This document shows, piece after piece, positions 38,404-47,671 of a DNA stretch of 64,000 nucleotides. The notes below the pieces were generated by a model that made no database searches, had not been told where the DNA came from, and saw only the letters and a list, made by a program, of their open reading frames with translations. Numbering within the stretch: the first letter of the stretch is position 1; each line of letters opens with the position of its first letter. This stretch comes from Candidatus Heimdallarchaeota archaeon (GTDB lineage Archaea; Asgardarchaeota; Heimdallarchaeia; Heimdallarchaeales; Heimdallarchaeaceae), in NCBI GenBank assembly GCA_030603365.1, contig JAUVXV010000010.1, positions 79,925 to 143,924 on the forward strand, written 5' to 3'. The position numbers and the translations under genes were made by a program.

Positions 38404-41379
38404 TCATTCTTTTTTATCTTCTTTTTTAATTATCATTCCTTCTCTATTTTGAGCATCTATTCTGACAATTAAAGGTTGATTTAATCTAACATGGGTCACA
38501 TATTTGAGCTCTTTCTCTGGTTTCTTAGCTTGCAACCATTCCCAATCAATGAAATGGTTCTGAGCTGTATGTTTAATATGGAAATAACCAATATTTGCTG
38601 TAACAATATTGTGGAAAAAATGTGTCCCTTGAGAAAAATCAACTAGAAAATTATCTAAGGAAGTTTCAATAATTGCCCTTGCACCGTTGATATTATTCCA
38701 TTTAACAGGGATGCCTAGGAAACGATCTGCGGTCCCCCAACGACCAAACCCAATGAGAAGATAAGGTTTATTTTCTTTAGTTAATATTGAATTTAGTTCG
38801 TCTATCTCAGCTACAATTTCTTCTGTTTGAGTTTTATCAAATGTTTCAGGTTTTACATAAATAACATCTGAAATGTCTTTTCTTAATAAATTTCCAGACA
38901 CATGGTTTGAATAAGCAAGCACTTGACTTACATCCACAGAAGTGTAATCTTCAGTCAAAAGAACTTCTTGTTGCAAAAATGGACGTATTTGAAGAATAGA
39001 AAAAATGTTTTTTTCGCCTGGGGAATTCTTAAAAGTTCCAGCGAACTCAATTTCTATTGAGGATCCAAGAGATCTTTCTCCAAGTGTTAAAATCCGAGTA
39101 AGAAGTTTAGCTAGAGGAAAAATATCATATTTTAATTGCTGACTAAAGGTAATTACCGGAGATCCTTCACCATAAAAACCTTCTCTTAGAGATTCAGATT
39201 CAAAATCATAGGAATCAGCTATATTAGTTAAAGTTCCATCCTTAATCCCATCAGCTAGATTAAATCTTTGTATGTAAGGGTCATCTTTTAGAATATCAAA
39301 TTCCCTTTTTGTTAGATCAATTGCATAATAGTATTTTTGACTCTGCTCTAGAAGTATATCAGGGGTTGAGAAAAAGTTTATTTTGGGATACTTTGGACAA
39401 AACCTTACAGATGATTCTCCTTCAACTATTGTCTTTCCTAGCCCTAAAGCGATATGTGCTATACGATCCTCAGGTTTCATATAATCTCCAAAGGGATAGT
39501 AATTGTATGAAGAAGCTGTTCCAGAAAAGTCTGGGTAAAAACGATTATTATGTTGTCGTCCAACAACTTCTTGAATTACAACTGCCATTTTAGATTCTTC
39601 GACTGTCTGTTGAATAGTCTCTGCATAGGATTTTGCAAGTTCCAGAAATTGTGATGCATATACCAATTTAATCGCGGTACAAAGTTGTTTAATTCTGTCT
39701 TTATCACTTGCTTGATTATTAGGAATCATATATGTATCAAAAATACCAGCAAAGGGTTGATACGCAGAGTCTTCGAGAAGGCTAGATGATCTAACTGCCA
39801 AAGGTCCTTTAAGGTCATTCAACAAAAACAACAAGTCTTTTTGAATACTTTTAGAAAGTTTTGCTTCAACGAATCTTTTTCGGATTGCATCATCACTATT
39901 TTTAGATAAAGCAAATTCATAGAGATTATTTTCTTCCATAAATTTATCATATTCGTCCGTTCCGATGACAATTGTTCTTGGAATTTCAATAGAGACATCT
40001 TCAAATTCTGATTCAACCATAAAAGAATTCAATATGAACATTAGAAAAGCAATTCCTCTACCTTTACCACCTAGAGATCCAGGACGCAAACGTAGAAAAA
40101 GAATTTCAGGATGGTAATTCTCATAAGCGAAATCGTTGATTACCCCTTTGGTTTTTTCACGAACTATTTTATTGATTGTTTGCAGTAAAAATGCCTTAAG
40201 TTCTTCTTTAGTGAATTCAGATACTTTTCTAGGTTTAAGAGTCTCAGCAATATCAAATTCTCCTCTCGCATGTAACCAATGTGAGAAATGATCATTTTTT
40301 CCATGAAAAACAAGACATTCCAAAGACACTTCGGATATTTTATTGTAAAATGTTATTACATCATTAGCTTTACCTAAAACCTCTCCATCTTGATTTTTAA
40401 AAATAAAATCACCAAATCCCACATAGCCAAGAAGCCATTTACGCAAATCCCAAATCATTCCATGAGATCGTTTATGAATGTAATAACAGCCCATTTCCTC
40501 TGCTTCTTCTCTATAAATTTCTTTACTTGATTGAAGAACTATTGGGAGATTAATGTTTTCTTCTTTAATTTTTTTAGCAAATAAGAAACCAGCATTTTTA
40601 TTGAGTTTACCATCAACAGGGAACTCGATATCAGAAATTACACCCATCAAATAATCTTTGTATTTTTCATAATATGTAAGAGCTTCTTCATAGGTTTCTG
40701 CTAGAAGAATTTTAGGTCTCACTCTCATTTTCAAAAGATCTTGATAATCATTGGTTCCTTCAGTTAGTAAACGATGAGTTTGTCTCATAATTTCCCCATA
40801 GATTTCAGGTAAAAGGAGTGAATAGAAACGGGTAGAGTCGTCAACAAAGATAAAAACTCTAACATTGCCTTTCTGTGTGTCATAATCTGCATTAAACTTA
40901 TCTTCAAGGTGTTTAATAATTGCAACGAAGATTTTAGAATCACCGTTCCATACAAAAACACGGTCAATACCTTTCCTCTTTTCAAATTCAGGAAGATATT
41001 TTATTTCAACTACACTGTTTAATAATAGAATTACAGGAATATCTTGAATTGATTTCACATTAGCTCCAAAAGAGAAAGCATCCATATCACCTAGTCGTCT
41101 CATGGTTATAACCAAATCAAACTCCCTTTCTTCTAATAAGTCTAGAGCTTCATTTGCCGAAGAAACACGAGTGATTCTAGGTAAGGTTCTGAGATTGAGA
41201 CTTTGAAACTCTTCGTAGATTTGATCAGACAGACGACCATCTTCTTCGAGCATAAAACTATCATAGATACTCGAAACAAGAAGAACATTTCTCATTCTGA
41301 TATTCATTAACTCATGAAATATTTTGTACTTAGGTTTATATTCAAGAAAGAAGCTTTCTGCATCTTGGTGTGAAGACAA
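38404..41379 (-). CDS. Receiver-like N-terminus plus PEP/pyruvate-binding (PPDK_N) domain protein
   Basis: GGKGRG, AVRSSSLLEDS, FAG.F.T, MAVVIQE, GRWGT; no phospho-His or PEP-utiliser barrel seen. Confidence 0.9.
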   Translation of the reverse strand: MSSHQDAESFFLEYKPKYKIFHELMNIRMRNVLLVSSIYDSFMLEEDGRLSDQIYEEFQSLNLRTLPRITRVSSANEALDLLEEREFDLVITMRRLGDMDAFSFGANVKSIQDIPVILLLNSVVEIKYLPEFEKRKGIDRVFVWNGDSKIFVAIIKHLEDKFNADYDTQKGNVRVFIFVDDSTRFYSLLLPEIYGEIMRQTHRLLTEGTNDYQDLLKMRVRPKILLAETYEEALTYYEKYKDYLMGVISDIEFPVDGKLNKNAGFLFAKKIKEENINLPIVLQSSKEIYREEAEEMGCYYIHKRSHGMIWDLRKWLLGYVGFGDFIFKNQDGEVLGKANDVITFYNKISEVSLECLVFHGKNDHFSHWLHARGEFDIAETLKPRKVSEFTKEELKAFLLQTINKIVREKTKGVINDFAYENYHPEILFLRLRPGSLGGKGRGIAFLMFILNSFMVESEFEDVSIEIPRTIVIGTDEYDKFMEENNLYEFALSKNSDDAIRKRFVEAKLSKSIQKDLLFLLNDLKGPLAVRSSSLLEDSAYQPFAGIFDTYMIPNNQASDKDRIKQLCTAIKLVYASQFLELAKSYAETIQQTVEESKMAVVIQEVVGRQHNNRFYPDFSGTASSYNYYPFGDYMKPEDRIAHIALGLGKTIVEGESSVRFCPKYPKINFFSTPDILLEQSQKYYYAIDLTKREFDILKDDPYIQRFNLADGIKDGTLTNIADSYDFESESLREGFYGEGSPVITFSQQLKYDIFPLAKLLTRILTLGERSLGSSIEIEFAGTFKNSPGEKNIFSILQIRPFLQQEVLLTEDYTSVDVSQVLAYSNHVSGNLLRKDISDVIYVKPETFDKTQTEEIVAEIDELNSILTKENKPYLLIGFGRWGTADRFLGIPVKWNNINGARAIIETSLDNFLVDFSQGTHFFHNIVTANIGYFHIKHTAQNHFIDWEWLQAKKPEKELKYVTHVRLNQPLIVRIDAQNREGMIIKKEDKKE

Positions 41380-41759
41380 TATTTAACCTCCTAATCAAAG
41401 AAAGTACTTATAGTAAGAAATACTGGTTCCTCTAATTTAAATATGTTGAACAAAAATAAAAAAAATGAGAGATTTCTCATTTATTTTGCTAGTGTTTAAT
41501 CATCATGACTCTTCTGAAGAACGACATAATACAAGAGAAATTCAGCGTCTATAAAATATTTATGCAGAAGAATCTAGCATATAAGGAAAACAGAAAACCA
41601 CCAATTTGCGATATTTTTCCATTCTTTGCTAGTTTGGGGGGGTTTATATTAACCATTCCAATTATTGGAAGATTCCGAAAAAATTTTTAATGTCTAAACT
41701 TCTCATTTAAGTAGAGCTAACTTAACTTATTTATGCTAAGTTGAGAATAAAAGTGTGAT

Positions 41760-42425
41760 GTGCTAACAATGGAACCAGATAATAGAGGAAATGACACTTT
41801 AATCCATGAAGATGATTTCCTTGATTCAAGCGTTATTGTTCCATTGTCTCAGAGGGATGCTTTAATCATTGAAATGTATGAAGATGGTTTGTCTACGTAT
41901 GAAATTGCTTTAGAATTAGAACTAAACAGACACACAGTTTCCAGAGTTCTTAAGGAGAATAAAATAGAAACAAGAACTATTGCGGATTACCATAAACTCA
42001 AACATGAAGATATTGAATTACTTTTTAAAGAAGGAAAAACTAAACACGAGATCTCAAAAGAATTAGGATTAACTTATTACACAGTAAGAAAAGTTCTGGA
42101 AGATAAAGGACTAATATTGAACAAGAAAGACAGAGAATCCGTTGCAATTGCTCGATATATTCAAATGAAGAATAAAGGGTATGAAAATGGATACATTGCT
42201 GTTTTTTTGGATTTATCTGAAAAGCAATTAAATAAGCTAGTACGTAATTCAGGTGTTAATGTTACGGCTGTCAGGCATAGAACAAAGGATATTGAAGTTT
42301 TACCTGAAATCGTACTTCAAAAATTGCAAGGAATGTCTATAAGTGAAATTTCGATGAAATATGAGATAGATATTGTTTTAGTTCGAGAAATTTTGTATGA
42401 ATTTGGTTTAAGCAATCAAAAATAA
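41760..42425 (+). CDS. Multi-HTH DNA-binding protein
   Basis: Four G.S..EIA..L....TV..VL...G-type repeats. Confidence 0.8.
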   Translation: MLTMEPDNRGNDTLIHEDDFLDSSVIVPLSQRDALIIEMYEDGLSTYEIALELELNRHTVSRVLKENKIETRTIADYHKLKHEDIELLFKEGKTKHEISKELGLTYYTVRKVLEDKGLILNKKDRESVAIARYIQMKNKGYENGYIAVFLDLSEKQLNKLVRNSGVNVTAVRHRTKDIEVLPEIVLQKLQGMSISEISMKYEIDIVLVREILYEFGLSNQK

Positions 42426-42594
42426 GCTTCAATACTGATGTGATTGTAATCTTTTTTCAGGCAAATTTTGTCTATAGAATAAGAATAATCTTATTGATTA
42501 TTGTATTATAATTCAAATTTATTTAAATATAAGATAAATTATAAGATAATTAGTTTAATGTAAAATTAACAAAAAAAGAATTTTAGGTGATAAA

Positions 42595-42963
42595 ATGGGC
42601 AAACTTGGAAAATCTATAACTCGTCTTATCTTCTTGGGCATTTTTGGTTCTTGGTTTGTTTTTACAATTTGGGGTATTAGTTATTGGAATGATCCTACTA
42701 GTTTTGTACCTCATGTAACAACTATTGCTTTGATGTATGTGCCACTCTTCATTGGAATGTTTATCCTATTCATAATAGGTGTGGTAATAGGAGCAATTCC
42801 TAAGGGTAAAAAGAAGAAGAAAGAAGAAAAGGAAGCTGAGAAAAAAATATCTAAAGAATTTAAAGACTTAAAGGATATTAAAGACTTTAAAGAGCTTAAG
42901 GAATTTATACCTGACGAATGGAAAGAGAAGTTCAAGAAATTTGTTGAAAGTCAAGAAAAATAA
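42595..42963 (+). CDS. Two-TM protein with charged tail
   Basis: Two TMs, then K/E-rich FKDLKDIKDFKELKEF. Confidence 0.65.
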   Translation: MGKLGKSITRLIFLGIFGSWFVFTIWGISYWNDPTSFVPHVTTIALMYVPLFIGMFILFIIGVVIGAIPKGKKKKKEEKEAEKKISKEFKDLKDIKDFKELKEFIPDEWKEKFKKFVESQEK

Positions 42964-43014
42964 TATGATTCACGGGGTTTTAGAAATTCTTTAAAAGAGA
43001 AAAAGAAAAGTATC

Positions 43015-44649
43015 TTGAAAAGAATGGACATCCCTGTTGAGTTTGAAAACAAAATTGAAGAATTAACAATAGAAAAAAGAGATTATCAGTTAGCTGCTGT
43101 AAAAGAGATAATGGAAGCTTTACCCGATAACTCTATTCTGTTGAATTATCCTTATGGAACAGGAAAAACCATAGTTGCACTTTTATCTTTCTTAGCTGTA
43201 AAAATCCACAAACCTAATGCAAAATTCATTTTTACCTCCGCACGAGAAGCAGCAGGTCTACGCTGCCGTCAAGCATTGGAAATGGGTAAGAAATTCGGAT
43301 ATATTGAGAATCTTGGTTATTTGTATGACCCAACTGGGAAGGGATTGAGTTTAAGACAGAAAAGTAAGATGTACGAAGCATCTACAGTAATATTTTCTCC
43401 CATTACTTCTCTGATGAACGACTATTTTGAAATTAAAACAAAACTCCGAATAAATATTCTTGAAAACATTGACATATGTGTTATTGATGAAGCGACTGAT
43501 ATTTTAGCAAGAGATATGTCTGGTTTTCGTCAAAGTAAATATTTTGAAGGGTTGTTCAAATTAAGAGAAAAAGGCTACAAATTCCCTATTTTAGGATTAT
43601 CCGGAACAAGAGATAAACAAAGAGCTAGTGCAATACTTAGGCTATTAGGTAAGGATACTCTGATGATGCAAAGACTTGATTTATCTCCTTATGAGACTGT
43701 AACAAAGATTCATAAAATTAGGAGAGAAGATTACATTAAGATTGATCAACAGATTTCTACACAATTAACAAAACCAATAGAAATAATACAAAAAGCTCTT
43801 GGTGAAAAACTTTCGCGTTTAGAAATAATAAAGATGTCATACAGTGGAGCTTTAGAAAAATTAGAAAGAATTAACCAATTTCCTGGAAAACTGGGGAAGT
43901 ATCAAATAAAAGATGAGGAAACTAAAAGTGAACTTATACTTGCTTTTCGAAGATTATTCAAATTTAGTCATTCAAGACTGCTCTTACTCGAATCTACACC
44001 CGGTGAATTTCTTAAATACATTGAAAAAGATGATAATAAGGATATTTTCAAGAGTATTATTGAACATAGTAAAGAATTGATCACCTACAGAGTTGATCTT
44101 CCCAAATACGAAAATCCCGAAGAAAAAGTTACTCGAGCATTAGTACATCCTAAAGTCTATACTGCTATTGATATCATCCATGAACATCTATTCAGAGGAG
44201 CAAAAGTACTCATATTTACCAGATATCTAGCTTTAGGAAATTATTTGCATAGACTTCTACACAATCTTGGTTTTCCTGAAGTTAAATATTTATCAGGTCA
44301 GAGTACGGAAGATAACAGAAGGATTACTCTAAAGAACTTCGATGAGGGAAATGTGAATGTGTTAATCTTCACACCTCTTGGTGGTAGAGGATTGAATCTG
44401 GAAGCAGCAGATGTTGTAATTCATTTAGATATTACAACAAACATAGATGACATGATTCAAAGAAGGGAAAGAGCGAGAGGGTGTATAGAATATGTTCTAG
44501 TTCTAGAGGAAACAAGTGAAGAAGGAAAAATAAAGGATTATAAGAAATTAATAGAAGAAGATGATGATGAAGAGGGAGAAAAACAAGATGGGGAAGAAGA
44601 ACAACTAGAAGGAGAAGAAGAATCTTCTGAAAATGTGCAAGAATCATGA
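43015..44649 (+). CDS. Divergent SF2 helicase (Hef/ERCC4-like helicase core, no nuclease)
   Basis: RDYQ, GTGKT, IDEAT, LSGT, GRGLNL, QRRERARG; acidic tail. Confidence 0.8.
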   Translation: MKRMDIPVEFENKIEELTIEKRDYQLAAVKEIMEALPDNSILLNYPYGTGKTIVALLSFLAVKIHKPNAKFIFTSAREAAGLRCRQALEMGKKFGYIENLGYLYDPTGKGLSLRQKSKMYEASTVIFSPITSLMNDYFEIKTKLRINILENIDICVIDEATDILARDMSGFRQSKYFEGLFKLREKGYKFPILGLSGTRDKQRASAILRLLGKDTLMMQRLDLSPYETVTKIHKIRREDYIKIDQQISTQLTKPIEIIQKALGEKLSRLEIIKMSYSGALEKLERINQFPGKLGKYQIKDEETKSELILAFRRLFKFSHSRLLLLESTPGEFLKYIEKDDNKDIFKSIIEHSKELITYRVDLPKYENPEEKVTRALVHPKVYTAIDIIHEHLFRGAKVLIFTRYLALGNYLHRLLHNLGFPEVKYLSGQSTEDNRRITLKNFDEGNVNVLIFTPLGGRGLNLEAADVVIHLDITTNIDDMIQRRERARGCIEYVLVLEETSEEGKIKDYKKLIEEDDDEEGEKQDGEEEQLEGEEESSENVQES

Positions 44650-44666
44650 ATATCTATAAGAAGTGT

Positions 44667-44713
44667 AAAGGGAGGGAAGAAGAGAGAAGAGAACAATCTC
44701 CCTCCCTTTTTTT
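44667..44713 (+). terminator. Hairpin plus T-tract between convergent genes
   Basis: AAAGGGAGGGA...TCCCTCCCTTT followed by a T-run. Confidence 0.65.
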
Positions 44714-44761
44714 GGTTTGCTTAAATACTAGACTCAGCGATTTCTCGCATAGTCAGCGTCA

Positions 44762-45697
44762 TTAAGTCAGTTCCTTTTCGAACAAAGCTGCACTGGGTTG
44801 ACCATATTTGAAATTCAAAGCATCAAAGTGCTTCTTAAGTTTCAGTCGTCCTTTATATAACCAGACGAAGAAAAGATCAATCTGTTCTTTTTTGCCTATT
44901 TCTTTAACTCTAGCTGCCAACTTATGCAAGTACTTTGTTTCAGTGACATAAGTAAATGGCAGATTAGCAGAAGATGGCTTAATATCATTTCGATAAATTA
45001 GAGTTGTTCCAACAATCTCACCATCTTTTTCGATTACTAAGTGAGCTATAACATTACCAGTTTCATTCTTTAATTCTTTAAGGATCTGCTTTTCTGTTTC
45101 TTCGGAAATCTCATCATATTCTCGAACAAGTGATAACCATTTTTCGAGATCTTTATCTTGGTCAAAGTCTCTGATATCTGCTTCTTCATCGATTTCCTTT
45201 AAATCAACACCATTTAAGATGTATACAAGATTATCTTGATCTTTGATGTGTTTATACCCCCATTCCTGGGTTAACTCATAGTTGTTCCCAGAAATAGCAG
45301 AAACATAGGTTTCAACGACCTGCACTCCCTTATCTTTTAGAGTATCGAGAGCTCTACCCACAAGTAATTCTGTAACCTCCTCATGACCAGGTAAGATAGA
45401 GGGGAAGACGAGACTAGCTCTCTTCCTTCCATCTTCTTTGGGCTCAATGACTTTCGAGGTTAGAAAACCAATCATCTCATTTCCTTTGAAACAATAATGT
45501 CTTGTCTCAGAATCGAAATTTGGTCTTGAGTAGATTTCCTTCAGTCTTTCAACGGGAGTTTGGTGAGCAAACTGCCAAGTTTGTGCTACCTGATAACCTA
45601 CAGTAGCTTGCTCAACCTCGAAACCCTTCTGATAATTCTTGAGGGTAAACTCTTCCATATCTCGACTCGCTCTCAAACATTTATAAGTATTTCTCAT
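44762..45697 (-). CDS. Tandem GNAT-fold protein
   Basis: MIGFL, GEIVG strands, WGY/LNF ends; likely start MEEF at 45658. Confidence 0.65.
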   Translation of the reverse strand: MRNTYKCLRASRDMEEFTLKNYQKGFEVEQATVGYQVAQTWQFAHQTPVERLKEIYSRPNFDSETRHYCFKGNEMIGFLTSKVIEPKEDGRKRASLVFPSILPGHEEVTELLVGRALDTLKDKGVQVVETYVSAISGNNYELTQEWGYKHIKDQDNLVYILNGVDLKEIDEEADIRDFDQDKDLEKWLSLVREYDEISEETEKQILKELKNETGNVIAHLVIEKDGEIVGTTLIYRNDIKPSSANLPFTYVTETKYLHKLAARVKEIGKKEQIDLFFVWLYKGRLKLKKHFDALNFKYGQPSAALFEKELT

Positions 45698-45854
45698 AAC
45701 TTGAGAATGTCTTCCCTTATAAGAGAATAACTGTCTCTAATGTCGAGAACAAAATTAGAAAAACGCATTAAAAATCCGGCAGACGGGAGTTAAATTAAAT
45801 TTGGAGCATTAGAAATGCGCTTGTTTGATAAAAATTGTTTTCGATTAACATTTT

Positions 45855-45946
45855 AATGGTGGGGTGTGGTGGCTCAAGGTCCTCCTGAGGAGATTGTTAA
45901 AGTAAAAGAATCATATATGTGTCGGTTTCTTAAGTCCTGCCTATAG
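45855..45946 (+). pseudogene. uvrA: Orphan 3' end of uvrA
   Basis: VVAQGPPEEIVKVKESYMCRFLKSCL* matches the UvrA C-terminus (GG.VVA.GTPEE.....SYTG.FL). Confidence 0.7.
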
Positions 45947-45974
45947 TTTTTTATTATTTTTGATTCTTTTCGTA

Positions 45975-47525
45975 TTATTTTCGTAATTTTCTTTTCAATC
46001 CAATGATAGTTACTACTGTTATGCTGAATAGTGACAATAAAAGTATCTTGAAAGTTGTTGATGAGAATTCAGGTATCATAGGAACCCCTTGGGGATAAGG
46101 ATCTTCATTATTTGCAGATCCATCAATAGGATAAGTAGTTGTACCAGTCCAATCCGTCCACCAGTTTCCCTCTAATGTTATAATATCATAAAAAATATTA
46201 TTCAAACCATTATCATATCCTTGTGAGGATCCACCTAAATTATTATCTGTAAAGTTATTGTGATGAAGGATGTTATTTTGCGACAAATCATTTAAGTAAA
46301 CACCATATTGGGCACAGCCTTCTATTTTATTATAGGTAATAATACATGTATCTGAAGTTTGTAAGTAGATTCCCCACATATTGCTTTCAATACAGGTGTT
46401 GTTTTCTACATTGATGCCTGAACTAGACCACAGATATATTGACATTAATCCACTATAATGTATCGTATTGTTGTAAGCATCACAATTATCAGTAATATGA
46501 AGATGTATTCCTCTCAATCTGCTGTTATTACAGGTGTTGTTTGTTAATGTTGAACCAAAATTTTGTACCACTCCGATACCAACATCATTACCATTACAGT
46601 GATTATTCTCAATGGTGCTATAATCTGAATATTCTAGATGAATACCTCTGTCTGTGTTATTGTTACAGGTGTTATTCATGATTATTGCATCGTCACAAAA
46701 ATAAAGAAAGACACCTGTTGCAGCATTGGATAGATTCTGATTGTAAATAGCAGGTTTTTGGCAATAAATCAAAATTAATTGTCCATAAATTGGATCAGAG
46801 AAGGTTAGGTCATTAGTGTCAGTGAAATAACCTAGAATTTTTCCATTTATCCAGTTATTTACCATGCTAAAGTTACGATAGTTTTCTATACTAACATCAT
46901 ACAACTTAACGCCATCATTGACCAAAACATTGTTTGTTAATGTTGAATTACTAGAATGCCACAGGTTTATACCTATTTCAGAATTATCGCTTATTTTGTT
47001 ATTTTCAAGTATAGCTCCTGGAGAATTGGAGAGATAAATACCATTCACATCACTATTAGTAACTGTTGAATTGAATATACTAACACTAGGAGAATATTTG
47101 ATATACACCCCATCCCAGATGTTTCCATTGAGTGTAGTGTTAACAATGCTGGCTGTTCCTGAAGCAATAGAATCAAACTCAATCCCATATCCTTCCGATT
47201 CTATGTAGCAAAAACTAATGATAAAATGTTTAGATGTACTTTTTACGAGAATACCCCTATTTGCTGTTGTTGTAATATTATAATTTGTAATAAGAAATGG
47301 GTCATTGGAAGATCCTGTACCAGAAAAACCATAGTCTGTAAAATTATCATCTGATATTATTCTTATGGCAACTTGTTCCTCAAAATTGATAATAGGTTCA
47401 AACCGGTTCGTATAATCAGAGCTCAAATAACTTGCATTTGAACTGTTATTCAAAGAAATTGCACTAAAGGACACTAATAACAAGAAGAAAATAATTATTT
47501 TAGTAAAACCAAGACTTTTTGACAT
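45975..47525 (-). CDS. NosD/beta-helix surface glycoprotein with PEF-type C-terminal sorting signal
   Basis: Signal peptide, beta-helix repeats, GNWW.D...D.YP, IPEF plus TM plus KRKLRK. Confidence 0.9.
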   Translation of the reverse strand: MSKSLGFTKIIIFFLLLVSFSAISLNNSSNASYLSSDYTNRFEPIINFEEQVAIRIISDDNFTDYGFSGTGSSNDPFLITNYNITTTANRGILVKSTSKHFIISFCYIESEGYGIEFDSIASGTASIVNTTLNGNIWDGVYIKYSPSVSIFNSTVTNSDVNGIYLSNSPGAILENNKISDNSEIGINLWHSSNSTLTNNVLVNDGVKLYDVSIENYRNFSMVNNWINGKILGYFTDTNDLTFSDPIYGQLILIYCQKPAIYNQNLSNAATGVFLYFCDDAIIMNNTCNNNTDRGIHLEYSDYSTIENNHCNGNDVGIGVVQNFGSTLTNNTCNNSRLRGIHLHITDNCDAYNNTIHYSGLMSIYLWSSSGINVENNTCIESNMWGIYLQTSDTCIITYNKIEGCAQYGVYLNDLSQNNILHHNNFTDNNLGGSSQGYDNGLNNIFYDIITLEGNWWTDWTGTTTYPIDGSANNEDPYPQGVPMIPEFSSTTFKILLLSLFSITVVTIIGLKRKLRK

Positions 47526-47671
47526 AAATCACCCTCAGTGAAATGAAGTCAATCTAACTATTTAAACATTATACAAATGAGAGGATTATATTGATTGTAT
47601 TCAATTATACTGGGAAAATTACGAAAATAATACGAAAAGAATCAAAAACAATAAAGGGAAAAAGAGGGAGT

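Noticed and set aside
41505-41690. 61-aa ORF
   Set aside because: Short, no recognisable motif, lies in a divergent promoter region
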